Below, one piece after another: positions 10,311 through 19,488 of a DNA stretch of 64,000 nucleotides. The stretch comes from an uncultured Candidatus Bathyarchaeia archaeon (GTDB lineage: Archaea; Thermoproteota; Bathyarchaeia; 40CM-2-53-6; RBG-13-38-9): contig CAYZRW010000005.1 in NCBI GenBank assembly GCA_964480955.1, positions 26,279-90,278 of the forward strand, in the 5' to 3' direction. The notes below the pieces were generated by a model that did not search any database, was not told where the DNA came from, and saw only the letters and a program-made list of their open reading frames with translations. A program made the translations under genes and the position numbers. The stretch's first letter is position 1; every line of letters begins with the position of its first letter.

Positions 10311-10550
10311 CTACTCACCAGCGGTTTTTATCTCAGGCAACGTCTCAGTAAATACGACGCCTCCAATCTTCCCCATTTTCATAACAGTCTTTCCTAGACT
10401 ATCATAGTTAGAGACTTCAATATCCACGACCACGTCGTATCTGCCTAGAACGGCCATGACGCTCCTTGTCTCTTTGAATTGCTTCATTCGCTCCATGACC
10501 TCATCAAACCTTCCCCGTTCAGTCCGTATCAAGATACATGCGGCTATCAT
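10311..10550 (-). CDS. Stand-alone Lrp/AsnC ligand-binding (RAM) domain protein
   Basis: ACILIR...VLGRYDVVVD...VVFTETL; ATG at 10550 after GGAGGG-like RBS; paralogous to neighbour. Confidence 0.85.
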   Translation of the reverse strand: MIAACILIRTERGRFDEVMERMKQFKETRSVMAVLGRYDVVVDIEVSNYDSLGKTVMKMGKIGGVVFTETLPEIKTAGE

Positions 10551-10582
10551 ACGTCCACCCTCTGTATGGTTGCCCAAGCTAC

Positions 10583-10599
10583 TATAAAATCACTTTCCT
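10583..10599 (-). promoter_or_regulatory. Putative BRE/TATA promoter of the tandem RAM-domain genes
   Basis: Minus strand reads GAAAGTGATTTTATAG about 35 nt upstream of ATG 10550. Confidence 0.5.
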
Positions 10600-11096
10600 T
10601 ACGAAGATTCGACAAACATGGCAAAGTGTTCCTAGGCGTAACAGTTGCGGTTATGTTTCTGGCAGCAGCTGGTTGGTCTGTATAGGTGAAACAAGTACGT
10701 GGGGATGTCTTCTGCTGGACAGGGGGATCAGTGGGGCCGCTTTGGGTGACGGTGTGAGGGGTCTCAAGAGAGTCAAATCCTACGTCAGATGGCTAGCATA
10801 CCGATGTTTACAGCAAATGGGGGACAGATGAGTTCTCCAAAGGGAAACATGAGTCACAAACAAGTGTGTTACTATCCCGTCTCGTTTCCCCCCAGCTCTC
10901 AATGAAATAACAATCGTCACTGAAAATATGTCGTAATTAGAGTGTCTATCATCATGATTGAACTCAGATTAGCTTGGCATATATCGAGGCTAGTTTCAAG
11001 GATAGATCGCTAGATATAGAAAGGCGTTAGCACGACAAGAGACTATAACTGTCTAAACAGATCTATTCTTTGGGAAAAACTGGTAGTGTGAAGTCG

Positions 11097-11717
11097 ATGG
11101 TTGAAATCGAGAGTCTTGAGGGTAAAGGCACTCATCAAGACTTGGTGTTTGTAACTAGCAATCCAAACAAGTTCATGGAGGTTAGAAGGATCCTAGAAGA
11201 ATATGGCATTACGTTCGAACGTCTGGACCTGAGATATCCTGAGATCCAGTCAAAATCCCTGCGGCAGATAGCCTCAACCAGCGCCAACTATCTTTGCGAG
11301 AGATTGAAGCGTCCGCTCTTTGTCGAGGATTCAGGCCTCTTCATAGACGCCCTAAAAGGTTTCCCGGGACCATACTCATCATATGTACAGGCGACTATTG
11401 GAAATCTTGGTATCCTCAAACTCATGGAGGGAGTTCAACAGAGGGTTTCGAGATTTGAGTCTGTCGTCGCATACGTCGAATCTGTTCACGAAACTCATCT
11501 TTTCATGGGAGTTGCGGAAGGGAGTATCTCCACCGAGGCTAAGGGTGAGAAGTGGGGTTTTGACCCGATCTTCATCCCTCTCGGCTCAAATCAAACCTAT
11601 GCTGAGATGGGAATTGTGGCGAAGACAAGAATCTCCCATAGGCGCGCCGCATTCGGGAGATTTGCAGAATGGATTAGGGAGCGCGGCCAGGAGGACATCA
11701 TCACGCCCTCTGGCTGA
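11097..11717 (+). CDS. rdgB: Non-canonical purine NTP pyrophosphatase (HAM1/RdgB)
   Basis: FVTSNPNKF, EDSGLFIDALKGFPGPYS, GFDPIF, SHRRAA. Confidence 0.95.
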   Translation: MVEIESLEGKGTHQDLVFVTSNPNKFMEVRRILEEYGITFERLDLRYPEIQSKSLRQIASTSANYLCERLKRPLFVEDSGLFIDALKGFPGPYSSYVQATIGNLGILKLMEGVQQRVSRFESVVAYVESVHETHLFMGVAEGSISTEAKGEKWGFDPIFIPLGSNQTYAEMGIVAKTRISHRRAAFGRFAEWIRERGQEDIITPSG

Positions 11718-12339
11718 AATATCTGCCTCGGTACTCAATCTCCCTAACCTTTCTTAAGACCCTAGAAGCGCTCTCTTTACCCACAGCCTCTTCATAGCCT
11801 ACGGCTATCGATCTCATAGTCTCGTGCGCACATCTGTAGTGTGTACTATCAAGAGCTCTCTTCATCAGGTGGAGATCAACACCCTTATCCTCATCATCCT
11901 GTGAGTGAAAACTCAGACCGAAGTCTATGAGAAAGATCTTGTCATCATCTACACGAATCATGTTCGAGGTTGTCAGGTCTCCATGGATCAAAGAGACATT
12001 GTGAAGTCGGCCTATCTCTCTTCCAATCTGCTGGCAAACTTTATCTCGCTCTTCGCTGCTCAGTTGGTCCAGGATCTCTTTGATCCTAGTTCCCTGTACA
12101 TACTCCATCACTAGGGTTGAGTTTTCCTTGTCTATAATGTATATGATAGGAGTTGGTACAGATGCCTTTCTTGCTTCATGCATATTCTCTGCTTCACGTA
12201 TGGTGCGCGAGACTCTCAGTTTGTAGTCAAGGCTTGGGTGCCTGTAGACCTTTGGAACCCTATTCTTGATTACGACTTTTCTTCCATACCAATCATCGAG
12301 ATAGAGATTTGCTTCAGCGCCCTTCTTGAACGGTGTCAT
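11701..12339 (-). CDS. bud32: KEOPS kinase Bud32
   Basis: KGAEA, KNRVPKVYRHP, HGDLTTSN, IDFGLS, REIEYRGRY; adjacent to kae1. Confidence 0.96.
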   Translation of the reverse strand: MTPFKKGAEANLYLDDWYGRKVVIKNRVPKVYRHPSLDYKLRVSRTIREAENMHEARKASVPTPIIYIIDKENSTLVMEYVQGTRIKEILDQLSSEERDKVCQQIGREIGRLHNVSLIHGDLTTSNMIRVDDDKIFLIDFGLSFHSQDDEDKGVDLHLMKRALDSTHYRCAHETMRSIAVGYEEAVGKESASRVLRKVREIEYRGRYFSQRA

Positions 12340-12342
12340 CTT

Positions 12343-13335
12343 CTAGGATCTCCAGGTAACATCCACTTGGTCAAGGCGCCACCTCGGTTTCACCAAGCTC
12401 TCCTCGACTTTGACTGTGACTCCACTCTGGAACGCTAGGATTCCGTTCCATGCGATTTGAGCACCCGAGTCCCCGCTGAATCTTCTATCTACGGCGAAGA
12501 ATCTCGCGTTGTGGTCTTCCGCAATCGATTCGAGCATGGATTGAAACCTCTTGTTCGCTGCTACTCCCCCCGTCAAGAGAAGCTCTTTCTTTTCTGTATG
12601 AGCGAGGGAACGCTCAGCTGCCTCAGCCATCATTGAGAACGCGACCTCTTGAAGAGAGAAACAGAGGTCGTATAGGCTTACTCCTTTCCTGTACTCACGT
12701 AATGCTGCCGACAACAAGCCAGAGTAGGCTACATCGTTTCCCTTTACCGTATAGGGTAGATCTATCAGCTCTTTCCCTTGTGCCCCCATCTTCTCAACCT
12801 CAGGCCCTCCAGGTGTGGCTAGTCCCACCTCTCTAGCAAACATATCAAAGAGATTACCGAGAGTGATGTCTTCAGTCTCACCGTAGATACGCCATCTTCT
12901 TTCGGCATAAGCGGCTATGGCTGTGTGGCCGCCTGAAACGAGGACTACTAAGGGATCTCTGGCACCGGTAGTTAGTGAGCCGATCTCGATGTGTGCAAGC
13001 GCATGGTTGACCAGGACGAGAGGCCTGCGAAGATACACTGACAGGGCCCTGGCAACAGTTGCGCCGACCCGCAGACATGGACCTAGGCCTGGTCCACATG
13101 AGAATGCGATGACGTCGATTTCTCTCGGTTTTGTACCGGCTTCCTTCAGCGCCCCCAAGATGACATTATGAGCTACACTATTGTGGTGTTGCGCAGCTTC
13201 ACTTGGATGGATTCCTCTTCCAGCCGCCGGCACATAGATATCCCTGACATCGGAGTGGATTACACCGTCGTTGGAGACAACACTGACCCCAAACGTATGA
13301 GCTGTAGATTCGATTCCGAGACAGAGTCTCCTCAT
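12343..13335 (-). CDS. kae1: KEOPS tRNA t6A threonylcarbamoyltransferase Kae1
   Basis: LGIESTAHTFG, GPGLGPCLRVGA, NHALAHIE, VSGGHT, GGVAAN. Confidence 0.97.
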   Translation of the reverse strand: MRRLCLGIESTAHTFGVSVVSNDGVIHSDVRDIYVPAAGRGIHPSEAAQHHNSVAHNVILGALKEAGTKPREIDVIAFSCGPGLGPCLRVGATVARALSVYLRRPLVLVNHALAHIEIGSLTTGARDPLVVLVSGGHTAIAAYAERRWRIYGETEDITLGNLFDMFAREVGLATPGGPEVEKMGAQGKELIDLPYTVKGNDVAYSGLLSAALREYRKGVSLYDLCFSLQEVAFSMMAEAAERSLAHTEKKELLLTGGVAANKRFQSMLESIAEDHNARFFAVDRRFSGDSGAQIAWNGILAFQSGVTVKVEESLVKPRWRLDQVDVTWRS

Positions 13336-13455
13336 GTAGCCTCTCCTAGGTTACTATCTGAAAAGTTGAATAAATTCATTGTAACGTTTCTGGAAAGGTT
13401 AAAGTAAACGCTACCTTCAATATGGGTAACCACTCAGATTCTGGGGTGCAATGCA

Positions 13456-14691
13456 TTGGGGTCTCCACCAGTTCAACCTGAAGTCAACATCGGCACTCTC
13501 GGGCATGTTGACAACGGCAAGAGTACTTTGGTCCAGGCATTGACAGACATATGGACCGCAAGGCACTCAGAGGAACTCAGAAGGGGCATAACCATCAGGA
13601 TAGGGTATGCAGACGCATATTTCTACAAGTGTCCGTCACATAGAGGGGCAGCTGCGTTCTGCGCCAGAAAGAAATGTCCTGTCTGCGGTTCAGAGACGAA
13701 ATTCCTGAGGGCTGCGAGTTTCATTGATTGCCCAGGACACCACAGCCTGATGGTGACGATGCTCTCGGGAGCCGCTTTGATGGATGGAGCGCTTTTCGTA
13801 GTCGCCGCAGACGCAAAGTTCCCTCAAGCTCAGGATCGTGAACACCTACTGGCAGCTGAGATGACTGGAATCAAGAGACTGATAATCGTTCAGAACAAGA
13901 TAGACATAGTCGACCGAGAGCGGGCTATCGAGAACATGAAGGAGATTCAGAAGTTCGTGAAGGACAGACCTGCGGAGAAGGCGCCAATAGTACCCGTCTC
14001 GGCCCAGCATGGCGTAAACGTAGATCTGTTGATAGAGGCGATTGAGAGGGAGATCCCGACACCCAAGAGAAATCCTTCAACCTCACCCCAGATGTATGTC
14101 CTCAGGTCTTTTGACATAAATAAGCCAGGAACTAAAGCCGAACAATTACGCGGCGGTGTCCTAGGCGGATCAATCGTTCAGGGAGTTTTTCGCCTCGGTG
14201 AAGAGATTGAGATAAGGCCGGGCTTGAAGACTGAGAGCGGCGGCAAGACCTCTTACCAATCTATATTCACGAAGATCAAGAGTCTCCGTGTGAGCGGGGG
14301 AGAGGTTGAACAGGTAGGTTCTGGCGGCCTAGTCGGAATAGGTACCTCCCTCTGCCCCTCAGTGACAAAGGCCGATAGCCTAGTCGGCAGCATAGTTGGA
14401 AGGGAAGGCGGTCTTCCTCCCGTCCTTGACAAGGTGACTCTGGACGTCGAGCTATTCGAGAAGGCCGTAGGTACGGAGGAACTCGTTGCCGTTGAGAAGG
14501 TAAGGACGAACGAGCCTCTGGTTCTTAATGTCGCCACCGCCGTGACTTCTGGAGTTGTCACTTCAGCACGTGAAGACATAATCGACATATCTTTGAAGAG
14601 GCCGATTTGTGCAGATACGAACTTCAAGGCCGCCCTGAGCAGAAGGATAGGTGATAGCTGGCGTCTAATCGGCTACGGAACTTTCAAGTGA
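13456..14691 (+). CDS. eif2g: Translation initiation factor aIF2 gamma subunit
   Basis: QPEVNIGTLGHVDNGKST, HSEELRRGITI, DCPGH, QNKID, RSFDINKPG, WRLIGYG. Confidence 0.97.
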   Translation: MGSPPVQPEVNIGTLGHVDNGKSTLVQALTDIWTARHSEELRRGITIRIGYADAYFYKCPSHRGAAAFCARKKCPVCGSETKFLRAASFIDCPGHHSLMVTMLSGAALMDGALFVVAADAKFPQAQDREHLLAAEMTGIKRLIIVQNKIDIVDRERAIENMKEIQKFVKDRPAEKAPIVPVSAQHGVNVDLLIEAIEREIPTPKRNPSTSPQMYVLRSFDINKPGTKAEQLRGGVLGGSIVQGVFRLGEEIEIRPGLKTESGGKTSYQSIFTKIKSLRVSGGEVEQVGSGGLVGIGTSLCPSVTKADSLVGSIVGREGGLPPVLDKVTLDVELFEKAVGTEELVAVEKVRTNEPLVLNVATAVTSGVVTSAREDIIDISLKRPICADTNFKAALSRRIGDSWRLIGYGTFK

Positions 14692-15107
14692 TCTGGTTGC
14701 CATACAGAGTAGTCTTGGACTCGAACTTTGTCTTCTTGCCCCTCACCCTCAGGCTCGACATCTTCTCAGAGATTGAGGAACTCCTGCCTGGACGAGTCAA
14801 GTTCATAGTACTAGAGCCTGTCAGGAAAGAGCTTGAGAGACTCGCAAGAAGCAACTCCGAACTCGGCAGGAAGGCATCATTTGCATTGAGGTTCCTGGAT
14901 AGATGTGAGGAGATTATGGTACGGCTGGGTCAGTCGGAGACCGTTGATGAAGTCATCGTCAGGCTTGCGGAAGGAAGCAAGGTAATAGTGGCAACTACGG
15001 ACATGGCTCTTAAGAAGAAACTAAGAGATATAAACGTGCCTGTAATCTATGTAAGGGGCCGTTCTCGGCTTGAACTTGATGGATACCCCATCGAAGATGG
15101 TGGTTGA
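14688..15107 (+). CDS. PIN-domain protein (Fcf1/Utp23-like)
   Basis: VVLDSNF, VDEVI, VATTDMALKKKLR, VPVIYVR; conserved position after eif2g. Confidence 0.85.
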   Translation: MIWLPYRVVLDSNFVFLPLTLRLDIFSEIEELLPGRVKFIVLEPVRKELERLARSNSELGRKASFALRFLDRCEEIMVRLGQSETVDEVIVRLAEGSKVIVATTDMALKKKLRDINVPVIYVRGRSRLELDGYPIEDGG

Positions 15108-15145
15108 ATCAGGCTGACATCGGCATCGAGGTTTGTGTTGGCTGA

Positions 15146-15736
15146 ATGTTCAAACTATTGACGATGGAAGACATTGTTAGAATCCCGCCCGACAAGTTTG
15201 GCGGCACAATAAAGAAGGTTGCCAAGGAGCAGGTGAGGCTCAAATATGAGAACCTGATTGACGAAGAATTGGGATACGTGGTTTACGTAGTCGATGTTGA
15301 CGTAGATCCCGTAGGGAGGATTCTTCCGGGCGACGGTTCAACCTATCACAAGGTCAAATTCCAACTTCTCATATTTTATCCTGAGCTGCACGAGATAGTT
15401 GAGGGTGAAGTGGTAGAGGTTACAGACTTCGGCGCCTTCGTCAGGATTGGGCCTGAGGATGCCCTAGTCCATGTCTCCCAAATAATCGACGACTTCATAA
15501 ATTATGATGAGAAACACGGGGTCCTGTCGGGGAAGGAGACCCGTCGCACCCTTGGAAAAGGAGACCAAGTGAGGGCCAGAATAATAGCTGTGGGTTTCCC
15601 CAAAGGAGGAGTTGGCGGCAAGATAGGTTTGACTATGCGCCAACCATTCCTCGGTAGACTCGACTGGATAGAAGAGGAGACTAGGAAGGAGAAAGAAGAG
15701 AAAAGGGATCGACTTGGTGAAGGAAAAAGCGTGTAA
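15146..15736 (+). CDS. rpo7: RNA polymerase subunit Rpo7 (E')
   Basis: DIVRIPP, GEVVEVTDFGAFVRIGPEDALVHVSQI, KIGLTMRQPFLG. Confidence 0.97.
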   Translation: MFKLLTMEDIVRIPPDKFGGTIKKVAKEQVRLKYENLIDEELGYVVYVVDVDVDPVGRILPGDGSTYHKVKFQLLIFYPELHEIVEGEVVEVTDFGAFVRIGPEDALVHVSQIIDDFINYDEKHGVLSGKETRRTLGKGDQVRARIIAVGFPKGGVGGKIGLTMRQPFLGRLDWIEEETRKEKEEKRDRLGEGKSV

Positions 15737-15902
15737 GAGCTGCCATTTCATAAGCATGGGGAATATCTGTCCAAACTGCAAGTCTTCCAACCTAAGCGAA
15801 GATTGGACTGGCCTCGTGGTGATAGTGGATCTAGAAAAATCGGAAATCGCAAAAAAGCTGGGTGCAAAGAGTCCTGGAAAGTACGCTATCCGTGTACGGT
15901 GA
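15714..15902 (+). CDS. spt4: Transcription elongation factor Spt4 (RpoE'')
   Basis: KACKSC...CPNC, WTGLVVI, SEIAKKLG, PGKYAIRVR. Confidence 0.95.
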   Translation: MVKEKACKSCHFISMGNICPNCKSSNLSEDWTGLVVIVDLEKSEIAKKLGAKSPGKYAIRVR

Positions 15903-15973
15903 AGCTGCAGCGATTCTTATTGAGTCTAATCTCCTTCAATAGTTAGAGGCTGGGTGACCTGGGCAAGCTTCTT

Positions 15974-16489
15974 TTGACACGCGAACTCAGAGCCTTACTC
16001 AAAATTCCTCTAGGCGATCTCTTGTCTGGCAGTGAAGAGGAGAATATGAGAAGACTGAAGAGAATAGTCGCCGAGGAGAAGCCTCCGAGGATTATCTGTG
16101 TGGGGGATATGGTTTGCAGAAACGCCGTGAAGGCTGAAGAAACCTCATGGATCAAGATTGTTGATGGCAGAGAGATGCGTAGAGATAAGGGGCTTTCTGG
16201 CTTCCACGGTAGTCGAGTCTTCCTCGCTGAGAACAAGCCAGGAACAATAAGTAGAATGGCTTGGGAGGCTGTTGCGGGAGCCGTCAAGCATGAGGGCTCC
16301 CTACTCATTGTGAGGGGTGAGGAAGACCTGCTTGTGCTTCCCGCTATTCTAGAGGCTCCGAAGAACTCTATTGTGGTTTACGGCCAGCCCCCTCGAGCCG
16401 GAATCGTTGTGGTCAAGGTTGACGAGGAGAAGAGGAGCCTAGCAAAGTCCGTTATAGACGCGATGGTTTGTGAGCAGGGTCAGGACTGA
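15974..16489 (+). CDS. GTP-dependent dephospho-CoA kinase (DUF359)
   Basis: LKIPLG, VGD, IVDG, NKPGTI, GEEDLLVLP, YGQP. Confidence 0.9.
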   Translation: MTRELRALLKIPLGDLLSGSEEENMRRLKRIVAEEKPPRIICVGDMVCRNAVKAEETSWIKIVDGREMRRDKGLSGFHGSRVFLAENKPGTISRMAWEAVAGAVKHEGSLLIVRGEEDLLVLPAILEAPKNSIVVYGQPPRAGIVVVKVDEEKRSLAKSVIDAMVCEQGQD

Positions 16490-16692
16490 GTCTTGACGTA
16501 GTCTGTGTAACTGCAGGAGCCGCACGTCAATCGCTGTTTTGGGGTCTTATGGTACGCCATTATGTTGCCGCACCTTGGACACTTTCTGTTTCTCAGTTTG
16601 ATAGTCTTCTTATCGTAGCTGTACTCATAAAGGGCGCCTAGGCTGGGCCTCTTCTTTGGCTGGCTATCTTTGTTCTGGCTCAGTTCGGTCAC
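16480..16692 (-). CDS. rps27ae: 30S ribosomal protein eS31 (S27ae)
   Basis: RKCPRCGNIMAYH...RLTCGSCSYT zinc finger. Confidence 0.93.
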   Translation of the reverse strand: MTELSQNKDSQPKKRPSLGALYEYSYDKKTIKLRNRKCPRCGNIMAYHKTPKQRLTCGSCSYTDYVKTQS

Positions 16693-16695
16693 CGC

Positions 16696-17085
16696 CTACT
16701 TCTTTTGTCTCTCAGCCTCTGGAGCCTTAGCTTTCTCTGGAACCTTCTCCTTCACGGCTTCTCGTTTTGGCGATTCTGGCTGTGTCTTCTTTGCCTGGCG
16801 TTCCTCAGGCGGTAAGTTCCTTCTGAGTATGTGTTTTGGAAGGGTCTCTTCAGCCAACTCCTTTGTTTCGTAGACCTCGACGTGGCAGAGCGACTTGTCT
16901 GCACCGGTCTTTCCTTCGACCTTGGTCAAGTACAGGTTCTCGATTCTCTCTTCTAGCTGTGACGCTAGGAACCTTCTTGCTGCCAGTCTCTCCGGTGTTC
17001 CACTTTCATCATGTGTTAGTTCGACGAGTATTTCCTTGCGTTTGAGGATGGGGTTGCGATTTTCCCTTATCACTTTGGCCTTCAT
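16696..17085 (-). CDS. rps24e: 30S ribosomal protein eS24
   Basis: NPILKRKEI, GTPER, VYETKE, PKHILRRN; charged C-terminal tail. Confidence 0.9.
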   Translation of the reverse strand: MKAKVIRENRNPILKRKEILVELTHDESGTPERLAARRFLASQLEERIENLYLTKVEGKTGADKSLCHVEVYETKELAEETLPKHILRRNLPPEERQAKKTQPESPKREAVKEKVPEKAKAPEAERQKK

Positions 17086-17099
17086 CTATCTTTCACGCC

Positions 17100-17492
17100 C
17101 TAAGTTTCGCTTTTCTGAGTTTCCTGTTTCACACTCTTCACTTCTCTTTCCGGCTTCAGTACTGCTAGGTTTACTTGGTAGGTTTCATCAGTTATCATTC
17201 GTCCTCTGACAAGTTTCCTTTTTCTCTCACCGTGTTTGCCTCTGAATCCTATGCTCCGTGTCAGGACTAGGTGTTTCTTACCTCCACCTTGGACGTCGGG
17301 TCTGAGTGGTATTCCATCCTTATCACTTCCCCCTGTTATCTTGACCTTCTTTCCACTCAGCCCAATGAGGGATCCGTCTAGCGTATCCCCCAGCCCTCTT
17401 CCTAGAAACGGTTTTGCCTTGGTCCCTTCCAACTCCATGACTGAGGCCTTTCCGGTACCAGGCTCAGATACCACAAGCTTGAGTTTTGCCAA
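17100..17492 (-). CDS. rps6e: 30S ribosomal protein eS6
   Basis: KLVVSEP, KITGGSDKDGIP, GERKRKLVRG, YQVN. Confidence 0.95.
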   Translation of the reverse strand: MAKLKLVVSEPGTGKASVMELEGTKAKPFLGRGLGDTLDGSLIGLSGKKVKITGGSDKDGIPLRPDVQGGGKKHLVLTRSIGFRGKHGERKRKLVRGRMITDETYQVNLAVLKPEREVKSVKQETQKSET

Positions 17493-17580
17493 GATGGTTC
17501 GGCTCGTTAGAGTATTCTACTAGGCTTGGTGACGAACATATTAACCTGTCGAGGCTTCGGTGATTGGTGGATTTGAGGCT

Positions 17581-19406
17581 CTAGATGTTCCAAAGTGGGT
17601 TCTCCTTTCTCATTATCTCTGTTAGTTCCTCTAGGACTCCCATTTCGTCAGGGCTTAAGTGCTCTCTGAGTCGTATGGAAAACTCTCTTGCTGATTGTTC
17701 TGGAACTGCCACATAGAGTATGTCTCCCTCGAAGACGCTCCTACCAATTACCGCCTTGTCTACTGAGACTGCGATCTGCATTCCAGCTCTCGCTTCATCA
17801 ATATCTGTTCCTTTGTCTTGGAGCCTCATAACGGTTCCAATCTTCTTTCCGCCCTTGTTTACTAGTGGATATTTCTGTCTTATCGTTCCAGCTAGGATCT
17901 CTACTCCAAATATCGCAGGTTTACTGTGTCTGAAGATGTATCCAGTGAGGACCCGCATCTTTCCAGGTCTGACGTGGCGGTCAAGCTCCGCCTTCACACT
18001 GGCGGCTTTCTCGGCCTCGACCCACCTCGAGTAGCCGTCTAGTAGATCATATATTACGTCAGCCCGCATTATCAGGATATTTCTCCTCTTAGCCTCCTCC
18101 TCTGCGTCAGGAAGTGTCTTGACATTAAATCCTAGGACTACGCCGAGCAACCGATCTTTTTCCCTGACTATGTCTGCCTCAATAACCTCACGTTTGGAGA
18201 TGTCGCCCACATCAGCAAATCTTATTGGTGTACCTGATTTGTTCAGAGAAGCTGTTATAGCCTCTAGAGCGCCAAGCGTATCGGTCTTGAGGACGACTCC
18301 GTTCTTGTCTGTTTTGATTCTCAATCTCTCAAATTCCTCCTCGACAGTCTTCGCATAGGCTTCAGGAGACTCGGCTTTTGGGACCGCGTATAGGGACGAA
18401 CCTGCTAGTGCTTTCTCTAGGTCTGGGGCCACAATCTTGATGCCTGAGGCTGCCCTTACGCTACGAACGCTCGAGAATCTGTCTCGTGGATCTCTTATCT
18501 CGTCTAGGGGTTTGGGTACTAGGATGGCTCTTACGGTGGTCACTATTGGGCCTTCTTTGCCACCTAAGGCTATCTGGTCACCTACGTTCAGGATACCGTC
18601 GTAGGTGATCGCGTTCACGGTGACGCCTAAACCGACCTCTTCTTTGACTTCTAGAATAGTCCCTTTTGCGGAGCCGGTTGTTGTCAATAGTTCTTCCTTC
18701 ATGTATGATTGCGTCAATCCAACCACTAGTGCGAGAAGTTCTGGGATTCCTTCGCCGGTCTTTGCGCTTGTTGGAACGATGGCAACGGTCTTGGTGAAGT
18801 CCTTAATCCTGTCAAACCTCTCGGCGTATAATCCAAATCTGGATAGTGAACCCACGACCGTGTAGATTCTGTTATCGACTTCTCTCTGGACTTCTGGCGG
18901 CTGCTGGAAGATTGAGCTACTTATGGATCTTGTGCCGGTTCTCCTCCATCCAGGCACTAGGTCTATCTTGTTGGCGGCGACGACGAAGGGTGTCTTTCGC
19001 GTCTTCAATATTCCTATGGACTCCTCGGTTTGAGGTTCGACGCCCTTGGTCAGGTCTATAACTAGTATCGCTATGTCTGCTGCGGATCCTCCTCGGCGGC
19101 GTAGGTTTGAGAAACTCTCGTGGCCGGGTGTGTCGATGAATAGTAAACCGGGGATGTTTATCTGGAACTTGAATTTCTCAAGGGCTTCTCCATAAGCCTC
19201 CTTGATGTTTTCTGCTGGAAGGAGACTTGCTCCGATCCACTGGGTTATTTGGCCAGGCTCCCTCTTCGCAACTGAGGTTCCTCTGATCTGGTCGAGGAGT
19301 GTTGTTTTACCGTGGTCTACCTAGCCCGTCGCGGCTACACCAGAATACTCTACGACGTATGGCCTAGGACCACGACAATCGGCTGACGTAGCGACAACGG
19401 TGGCAT
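17581..19406 (-). CDS. infB: Translation initiation factor aIF5B/IF-2, split into exon 1 (19406-19359, 16 codons) and exon 2 (19320-17581); 595 aa when joined
   Basis: Exon 1 MPPLSLRQPIVVVLGH after GGAG RBS; exon 2 VDHGKTTLLDQIRGT...ITQWIGA...FIDTPGHESFSNLRRRGGS...NKID is open and in frame with the 17581..19008 ORF (translated by hand, no stop). Confidence 0.95.
19321..19358 (-). other. 38-nt bulge-helix-bulge intron in infB mRNA
   Basis: Insert ACGUCGUAGAGUAUUCUGGUGUAGCCGCGACGGGCUAG with in-frame UAG; central helix GGCC/GGCU, 3-nt bulges AUA and AGG, intron helix CGUCGU/GCGACG, exon-exon helix; canonical cuts regenerate GGC CAU GUA GAC CAC. Confidence 0.88.
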
Positions 19407-19488
19407 CTCCTGCAGTCCATTGAGTGTTGGCTACCTTAAGTACTATACTGCCGAGGCTTGAATTTTCGAGTTGTTACTGTAGGCCTAA

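Noticed and set aside
10690..10900. RNase P or SRP RNA
   Set aside because: Conserved GAGGAA-N-UCC and SRP helix 8 motifs were not found on either strand by eye.
19321..19358. infB as a pseudogene, sequencing frameshift or intein
   Set aside because: Both flanks are intact, the insert has a stop and is far too short for an intein, and its BHB cut sites match the needed junction exactly.
19318..19367. Alternative BHB using CUAG/CUAG as central helix
   Set aside because: It would excise 43 nt and leave the gene out of frame; the GGCC/GGCU register gives the correct product.
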